Assembly (NCBI RefSeq): GCF_964204645.1 | Contig: NC_134034.1 | Coordinates: 9,622,962 to 9,686,961 of the forward strand | Reading direction: 5' to 3' | Length of the DNA: 64,000 nucleotides | Source of the DNA: Tubulanus polymorphus | Lineage: Eukaryota; Animalia; Nemertea | Part shown: one piece after another, positions 56,373 to 64,000 of the stretch | Numbering within the stretch: position 1 is the first letter of the stretch | Layout: each line of letters opens with the position of its first letter | The notes under the pieces: generated by a model | Seen by the model: the letters and a program-made list of their open reading frames with translations, nothing else | What the model was told of the DNA's origin: nothing | Databases searched by the model: none | Program-made: the position numbers and the translations under genes

Positions 56373-58279
56373 TGTAGAAAACCACGTACAAAGAACATCA
56401 TTAATTTGACTATAACCATTACTTCAATACAACAATAACGTAGGTGATATTTCTTTCTCAAGCCGAAAAACTTGCGTTTTAAAACAAACGTTTTCGTTCT
56501 GAAACATATATATTTTCGTTTCGCCGCAAAATCCGATTCAAATTCTATTTGTTCATGTTTCGTGCCATTTCATTTTCAATTGCATTTCGCAACAGAGATC
56601 AATAAACTGGACCAAAAAGGTCCAACATTAATCTTTAGGTATCAATCTACAGCGTGGACCCTGCAACCCCTCAGACATTCAATGCCTTATCAAATTGCTT
56701 CCTTCTTTGTATTATGCAAACTTAACGTGCGTTCAGGGCTTCGCCTGAGATATTTTCAATTGAAAATGAACTACAAACACCAGACATTAGACATTTTATC
56801 AACACACTTTCAAAAACTGATCGTCTCAATTACAACAGTGAATGTCTTTAGGGTTTCTGGATCCAGTTTGCAGATTGATACTCGCTTTACTCTGACTAGG
56901 CAGAAAATTTCATTGAATTTTTCCAACTACACAATTTTCAAACCAAAAGATTCTCATGAAAATATCGCTTCGAATAAAGTCATGGATGTTGTGAGGAAGA
57001 CTTTCTAAGGTTGACCATGATAAACCACTAAAAACACTAGTGATGCACACCGCTATATTTGGCACATGATTACATGAATGATATCGCTAACCGAACTAAT
57101 TAACATAATTACTAAACGATAAATAATTATAAATGATTGTTTCAAATCAGTTACGCTTCGAATTGGAAAATCTATCGTCTTATAGATAAAACTTGGTCCC
57201 CGATGATTCCGAGATCGCAATTGGGCCTTCACCAGCTACAGTAGTAGAGAAAGTCAACTGCCGGCAATCCGCCACTAGTAATTTACGTAATTTTCATTTT
57301 CTTCTGGACGAGTTAGCGGACAACATCTGGAGGTGATTTACCAACAACATTATCGTTGTAATACACGTGGACTGATTTTTGCCAATAAGTAAATTTGTAC
57401 TTCGTAACTACTTTTACTTAATAAATGCAAGCGCACTTTTGCCTTAAATTTGCTCCAAGTGCTCTAAGCAAATGTCTTTTTGCTGAGCGAAATAAACTAA
57501 AACTAAACGCGTTTAATATTTCGATGTCGGATAATCGTGTGGCTGATGGCGGGTATGTAATTTGGCGTAAAATCCGAAGCTGAGAGCATTATTAATTAAT
57601 TTTGGACAAAGTCTTTACTTGGGAATGGCAGATGAAAAGAGGGCGGATAACCGGGAGTTGACTGTAGATAAATGCACTATTCATCGTCCAACAGGAATGA
57701 TGTAATTATTTCAAAAAATATTGTGACCATTTGCGTATAATAAGAATTCTATATAAAGAAAGAATTCTTTAGGAAAAAAAATGCCCCCTGCAAAAATACT
57801 GTTTGATGGCTGTGACCAGTAAATTGATTATTAAATCGTTTTATCACGAAAATGTTCGAATTAAGTTTTATACAAGGCAAACATTAGTTTCATGGACAGA
57901 AAAAACTGAAATTTCTAAGCAAATGAAAAAAAAAAACAAACTTTCACAGATCTACACGGACTAAATTATCATGATTACAATTAACAATAATTTAAAATAA
58001 TTATGCATATCTTTAAATATATATATATATATATATATGTATATATGGTTTTAATATATCACAATATTAATCATAATAATAATAATAATAATGATAATAA
58101 TAGTACATTTTACTAATTATACAAAGCCATTATTAATTGACTAATTAAATACGTGAGTAGCAAAGATTAAATGCAAAGTGATTTTATCCAAAAAAATCAG
58201 CAGTTATTGGAGCAATGAAATGATTTGAAGACATGGTTCAGTTGACTATTTCCCAAAACTCTTCAATTCTCGACTGTCA

Positions 58280-58625
58280 ACTGTATTTCTCAAACTCTTA
58301 CTCAGTATTTGCAATAGAATCTGGGTAGAATTTTAGCGGTATCAACTTTATCGCAGTAAGAGACAGTTTACTGTATTTCACAAACTCTTACTCAGTATTT
58401 GACACCAACTCTGGGTAGAATTTTACCAGTCTCATCTTTACCGCAGTAAGAGACAGAGTCTACTGTATTTGACAAACTCTTACTCAGTATTTGACACAAA
58501 CGCGGGGTAGAATTTTACCTGTCTAAACTTAACCGCAGTAAGAGACAGAGTCTACTGTATTTCACAAACTCTTACTCAGTATTTGTCACTGACTCGGGGT
58601 AGAACTTTATCAGTCTCAACTTTGC
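58280..58625. repeat. 90-92-bp tandem repeat, about 4 copies, downstream of the myosin stop
   Basis: ctgtattt..caaactcttactcagtatttg recurs at 58281, 58371, 58463 and 58555. Confidence 0.92.
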
Positions 58626-60393
58626 CAAGGGAGATAGAAAACATCGTAAATCAAGTAAGTTGAGAAAAATTGCAAAAAAATAAAAACAAGACTTAGTAAA
58701 GTCAAAGATATGGATTGCGTGTTGTCACGATATGGAGGGAGTACGAGATATGGAAATTTGTAAAAGTACGTTCGGCAGTAGTAGAAATCCCTTCACTCTT
58801 CTAAAAAAGGAAGTCATGATTCGCTTCAATTTTAACTAAAGATACGTTGAATTACACAACTGGAAATACTGCGAAAAAACATTAATTCATATAAGCTGTT
58901 ACATTGATACTAATGATGATCTGGATTATCGAAATGCAAAAGCATTTTAAATACTGCGCATGATAGCCGAAAAGTATTTTCACATGCAAAAAGAATCATT
59001 TGTTTGAAAACAACTGTTAGATAAAGCTGCTTCGGCGCCCCTAGAGCTATGATGACGACGTCCAAGCTGTTTTAGAGCCCGAAACAGTTTTTTTTTTGTA
59101 CCACTTCTTATATTAGTTTGAAAACAACTGTTAGGTTAAGTTCTTTTGGTGCTATGAAAGATATTTTGATGCTGTCCAAGTTGTTTTAACGCCCTAAATA
59201 GTTGTTTCGGGCGTCATTTCTTATCTCAGCACCTTCAGTATTTTTTTCGCCCTGGAAGTTGTTACGATGTCATCAGAAGTTGTTTTGATGCCCTAAAAAG
59301 TGTATTAGAACACTAAAACTTGTTTTGTCATCATCAAAATTGTTTCAGTACTGTAAAATGGTTTTAGCGCTCGAGAAGCTGTTTTTTAGCACCCTAAAAA
59401 CTTTCAGCCACCACATAAATTCGAACAAAAATTCATGAATTTTTGATATGACACAACACAAAAAGCGTGTCTGAATCACACCTAACTTCTTCTGACTCAA
59501 ATCCTGACTTAAGCTGCGACATTTTTCGACGGCGAAATCGGAAATTCACCTTTGTCCCGTAATCAGGCCGCGATACCAGACCATAAAACATCAACTTAAG
59601 CACAACAGAAATACGTATAGAAATGCAGCTAAGCTTCGAATATCGAATCAATGAAATTTTTTAATTCATAGGGTTTTCTTTCATTTTACTCGACAAAAAC
59701 TGAGGTATTTTACGTTAAATTATTTGTTCAAATGGCCTCTGACCACCACCAAATTAAATTAAAACATCAGCAATTCGAAAAAACTATATTAAACCGGTCA
59801 CTGAATAGGACATTTTATTCGAACAGACAAGTGGCTTGTCTACGATTCGATGGGGTACTAGCCTCGCCATGATGGCGCACCGTGATTATACAGAAAAGTT
59901 GATTCAAATTCAATTGAAATGCAGAACGAAATTGAAATGCGGTAACCCGGTGCCACTAGCGATCCTGGTGGATCATAACCGATTCCTAACTCGCCGCAGT
60001 GGCTTTGGCGGTACCCCGTCGAAGAAAAAACTACCACAATTATGAAACTTGCAGTCGACTATCGTAAAGTTAACAGACGGTTTTAAATCCTATGACTAAT
60101 CAAATTAACCAATCCTAAGTCGTTTGATCGACAACGGAAGCCTTTTACCAGCCTTGACTAAACAAACTCAGACCCAGTTCCACGGTAGACGAGTTCAGAT
60201 TTTACTACTCGTCAAAAAACGAACGAATTTCGACTCGATGTTAACTCAAACTCATAACTGTGGAACCGAATCATGAAGACTATTCCCATCCATGCAGAGT
60301 TACAACCACTTAGTTTCCCTTGAAACTCATCACTATTTATAACCATCGAACCCGGTAAAGCTCGATACTAATCGAGAGATTCGCGTTTCATTT

Positions 60394-60589
60394 CTAAGCG
60401 TTTGACGGCCAGACTAGAGCGAGATTTTTTCCGTTTTTCTTGAAGCACACCGCGTTGTTGCCGCTGTCACCGCCGTTGTTGCTGTTGTTCTGTTGAGGCT
60501 CCATCAAAATAACGACCGTTCGAGATTTACCGCCGAGCATGCACTGCAACTGATGACTGATGATGACGCGCAGGTTTTTCTTCTGCGAT
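60394..60589 (-). CDS. Myo1D: Myosin I terminal coding exon (missed by ORF track)
   Basis: tatttcag|A completes the phase-2 AAA codon; KSQKKNLRVIISHQLQCMLGGKSRTVVIL...CFKKNGKNLALVWPSNA*, TAG at 60396-60394. The short tail without an SH3 domain fits Myo1D/G. Confidence 0.9.
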
Positions 60590-60645
60590 CTGAAATAAAG
60601 ATCAAAACAAGAAGTTTAAGAGACAGCGGGATCATTGAAAGTTAA

Positions 60646-61129
60646 CCCATTAGCACACAAGCCGCGCCCATATCCACCCTGCCTATTACTCCTCAAGCCA
60701 CCCGTATCCGCCCTGCCTATTACTCCTCAAGCCCCCGTATCCGCCCTGCCTATTACTTCTCAAGCCCCCGTATCCGCCCTGCCTATTACTCCTCAAGCCC
60801 CCCGTATCCGCCCTGCCTATTACTCCTCAAGCCCCCCAGTATCGGCCCTGCCTATTACTTCTCAAGCCCCCCGTATCCACCCAGCCTATAACTCCTCAAG
60901 CCCCCCCGTATCCGCCCTGCCTATTACTCCTCAAGCCCCCTTATCCGCCCTGCCTATAACTCCTCAAGCCCCCCCGTATCCGCCCTGCCTATTACTCCTC
61001 AAGCCGATAGCTTATGATAAACTAGACGCCCGAGTCCTCGAAATACAGCACAGAAATCAAATTTTCTGAGGAGCAATTGACGCTTCGTAGTGAAATTTCT
61101 GAGTGCCAAAATTTCTGAGTGCCAATGGG
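60646..61129. mobile_element. piggyBac-like MITE containing a 33-35-bp tandem array
   Basis: TTAA|cccattagcac ... gtgccaatggg|TTAA; about 10 internal copies of cccccgtatccgccctgcctattactcctcaag; fills most of the last myosin intron. Confidence 0.75.
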
Positions 61130-61180
61130 TTAAGATAGGGTAGGATAGGAATTTGGAGCTGTAAAGTGAAAAAAACTTAC

Positions 61181-61329
61181 TTTTGCGATAGTTTACATAA
61201 AGTGCCGACCAGTTCGCCGATCCTATCTTCGTTGTTCCGACTCAGTAGACAAACGACGAGATCATTGCCGCCTGACAAGTGAATAATGGCCAACTGATCT
61301 TCACCGGGCGTAACGCTTAATCCGGTCAC
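61181..61329 (-). CDS. Myo1D: Myosin I TH1 exon
   Basis: tctcag|GTG; VTGLSVTPGEDQLAIIHLSGGNDLVVCL...RIGELVGTL (cf. MYO1D LTGLSVSNGKDQLVVFH...RIGELVGVL); 149 nt; donor AA|gtaagt, phase 2. Confidence 0.94.
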
Positions 61330-61557
61330 CTGAGAAGAGAAAATCAAATTTCGCTCGATCAAGTCGACAAGCAAGTACCACATCCAGTACGTAACCGAAG
61401 TATAACCCAGTTATTAACCATAAATAGCGTACAATGGAAGTGAACAGGTCAATAACATTCTCCAAATTCCTCAAGGTTGGTAGGTTTTTAGTAAGATTTG
61501 ATAATTACACTGAGTTTCTTAGACATGAAAACACCGTTTCACAACCGCCCTAAGAAT

Positions 61558-62515
61558 TACTGAACCCACCCTGCGAGCTACTGAACCCGCTCCGCAAGCT
61601 ACTGAACCCACCCTGCGAGCAACTGAACCCACCCTGCGAGCTACTGAACCCACCCTGCGAGCTACTGAACCCACCCTGCGAGCTACTGAACCCACCCTGC
61701 GAGCTACTGAACCCGCTCCGCGAGGTACTGAACCCGCTCCGCGAGCTACTGAACCCGCCCTGCGAGCAACTGAACCCGCCCTGCGAGCTACTGAACCCAC
61801 TCCGCGAGCTACTGAACCCACCCTGCGAGCTACTGAACCTGCTCCGCGAGCTACTGAACCCGCCCTGCGAGCTACTGAACCCACCCTGCGAGCTACTGAA
61901 CCCACCCTGCGAGCTACTGAACCCGCTCCGCAAGCTACTGAACCCACCCTGCGAGCTACTGAACCCGCTCCGCGAGCTACTGAACCCACCCTGCGAGCTA
62001 CTGAACCCACCCTGCGAGCTACTGAACCCACCCTGCGAGCTACTGAACCCGCTACGCGAGCTACTGAACCCGCTACGCGAGCTACTGAACCCGCTCCGCG
62101 AGCTACTGAACCCGCTCCGCGAGCTACTGAACTCGCTCCGCGAGCTACTGAACCCGCCCCGCGAGCTACTGAACCCGCCCCGCGAGCTACTGAACCCGCC
62201 CCGCGAGCTACTGAACCCGCCCTGCGAGCTACTGAACCCGCCCTGCGAGCTACTGAACCCACGTTTGAGCTACTAAACCCACCCTGCGAGCTACTGAACC
62301 CACCCTGCGAGCTACTGAACCCACCCTCAAGCTACTGAACCCACCCTGCGAGCTACTGAACCCACCCTGCGAGCTACTGAACCCACCCTGCGAGCTACTG
62401 AACCCACCCTGCGAGCTACTGAACCCACCCTGCGAGCAACTGAACCCACCCTGCGAGCTACTGAACCCACCCTGCGAGCTACTGAACCCACCCTGTGAGC
62501 AACTGAACCCACCCT
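61558..62515. repeat. 21-bp minisatellite in myosin intron, about 45 copies
   Basis: Unit gctactgaacccaccctgcga; source of the spurious GSVARRV ORFs. Confidence 0.97.
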
Positions 62516-62541
62516 ACTTACACTCTACAAGCTCTACTTAC

Positions 62542-62757
62542 ACTGCTGATTGAAATAGCACCTTTCAACGATTTAAACTTAGACGAATCAAGTTTATAGA
62601 TGAAGCGATCGGTCACAACGAGGCACCGGTCGGCCGATTTATTGAATCGATTTGTCTTTTTCACGCGGCACGAGAAAACAACGCGACTGAATTTGTCCTT
62701 GAACTTCAGATCGTTAATCGCCGCCACGAACGACGCCGTGTTGTCATTATCGTGAAC
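62542..62757 (-). CDS. Myo1D: Myosin I TH1 (PH-like) exon
   Basis: ttgacag|GTT; 216 nt, phase 0/0; VHDNDNTASFVAAINDLKFKDKFSRVVFSCRVKKTNRFNKSADRCLVVTDRFIYKLD...ISISS, with the K-x-N-R...DR...VTD TH1 signature; donor AGT|gtaagt. Confidence 0.94.
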
Positions 62758-63240
62758 CTGTCAAGGAATAAACGAAAAACTATTCTTTCAATTTCGAGGA
62801 AGCGTCTGCATCGTTTTCATACGCCAATCACTGTAGACTCCTCCTAAATCAGCACTATAGGGTTAAACCATTAATTAGGTGGTTTTGTAAACACATTTTA
62901 TCCTACTTCCTAAACCAAAGTTTCAAAAATAATCCTGGTTCCAACTGTACCGATTTAGGCAAAGTTAACTGTACAACTACAAATAGACAAATATGTCTAA
63001 TCGCCTATTTCTCAACATTGAAGGAGTTTTAAAGGAGTTTTGGGCATTTTGCTCAAATTAAAGGAGTTTCAAGCACCTTTAAATCAATGTGTTTTTAAGG
63101 AATCAAGGAGGCCTAGGGACGCTGCTGTACGATGCTGTAATACAAAATTCAGATCCTGTTCTAGATACATGTATATGACGGATGAGTTCTGAAAAAGGTT
63201 TGAAGGAATCAAGGAGTCGTCCGGACCTCGTTAAACCGAC

Positions 63241-63487
63241 CTTCGCCAAATAGTTTCCTTCCCATTTGCGTTTGAAACCCCACGCGCGTCGTTTGTTGTT
63301 CAGCGCGTCTGCTGCGAGTACTTTCAACTGTAACATCGGGCGTTCGTCGCGCGGTATCTTCGACAGCACCATGTGAGCTCGCCAGCGGTCGTGCATAGTA
63401 CGCAGCTGCAGCTGGAAGCCCGCCAGCACCAGCGGCGCATCGGGCCACGGTAGATGCTTGCCGTAGTCGCGCATTTTTTTCACGTTC
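63241..63487 (-). CDS. Myo1D: Myosin I (Myo1D/Myo1G type) coding exon, IQ/TH1 junction region
   Basis: Acceptor tttcag|G at 63487; reads NVKKMRDYGKHLPWP...RWRA...KRKWEGNYLAK, matching the recalled human MYO1D segment GVKTMRDYGKHVKWP...RAWEGNYLA; donor AAG|gtcggt, phase 0. Upstream exons are outside the window. Confidence 0.93.
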
Positions 63488-63704
63488 CTGAAATGTTAAG
63501 TATTGTAGTCATTCGCGATGGTATTATACGCAATCCGGTTGGTCAATCAGAAAGAGAGGAGCCACTAGAGAAAGGATGGTCACGAATGCCATCGCTCAAT
63601 ATTCTCAGATCGGAGTCACACTTGGAAACTGAAACATGGTTCCTTCGCGCTACGATCAATTTCAAACGGACCGATCATACTGCACTTAACGTTCTCGTGT
63701 TTAA

Positions 63705-63978
63705 CCCTTTCAGTGCTTGCTAATTAATACCCTATATTGCTGAAGATAATTTGAAAATTCTGAAAAATTCCACCCTTGTGTGATGAATAACGGGAATAGC
63801 ACTAGTGCGTCTACACCCTGGCGGGGTATATCGTTAGTTACTAGTATTTCACTATGTTTGACTGGTGCTGCCATCTTTCAAGAGAGATAATTAGTAATTA
63901 CAAATTAAATCAATACACCGCTAGCAAAATCCATCACTGATTCGTACACCCCACTGCGGTGTAGACGCACTGAAAGGG
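63705..63978. mobile_element. piggyBac-like MITE
   Basis: TTAA|ccctttcagtgc ... gcactgaaaggg|TTAA: 12-bp perfect TIR with CCC termini. Confidence 0.85.
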
Positions 63979-64000
63979 TTAACCGCAAATAATTTTAATC

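Noticed and set aside
56472-57008. 178-aa plus-strand ORF
   Set aside because: Non-ATG start, AT-rich, no recognisable domain, and includes a repeat fragment also present at 54827-54900.
59033-59047. CTCF-like ctctaggggcgcc
   Set aside because: One G short of core spacing and embedded in a degenerate repeat.
61519-62512. GSVARRV repeat ORFs
   Set aside because: 21-bp minisatellite inside a myosin intron; the flanking exons splice in frame without it.

Overview
Repeat-rich, intron-dominated eukaryotic DNA, probably from a bilaterian invertebrate (CpG largely retained; no prokaryotic features, no CRISPR, no rRNA or intact tRNA). Two minus-strand genes are supported. (1) The last four coding exons of a class I myosin of the Myo1D/Myo1G type (TH1 tail) lie at 60394-63487, and their splice phases join cleanly. 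(2) The 5' region (>54 kb) of a large gene whose constant exons lie left of the window. It has a three-exon N-terminal chain (54192-51779) and up to six more short ATG-initiated exons (43496, 34620, 31588, 24685, 19319, 11029), all ending at GT donors in phase 0. The best identification, from recalled peptide similarity, intron phase and linkage, is Alan shepard/RBMS (MSSP-family RRM protein). This is an inference because no RRM exon is in the window. The introns hold MITEs (Harbinger-like and piggyBac-like, one nested), MITE-borne minisatellites, a 3.4 kb 43-bp satellite, a tRNA-derived SINE, a minimal type I hammerhead ribozyme of the Penelope type, a perfect 120-bp palindrome and many CTCF-like motifs. 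Most ORFs in the supplied track are low-complexity or repeat artefacts.
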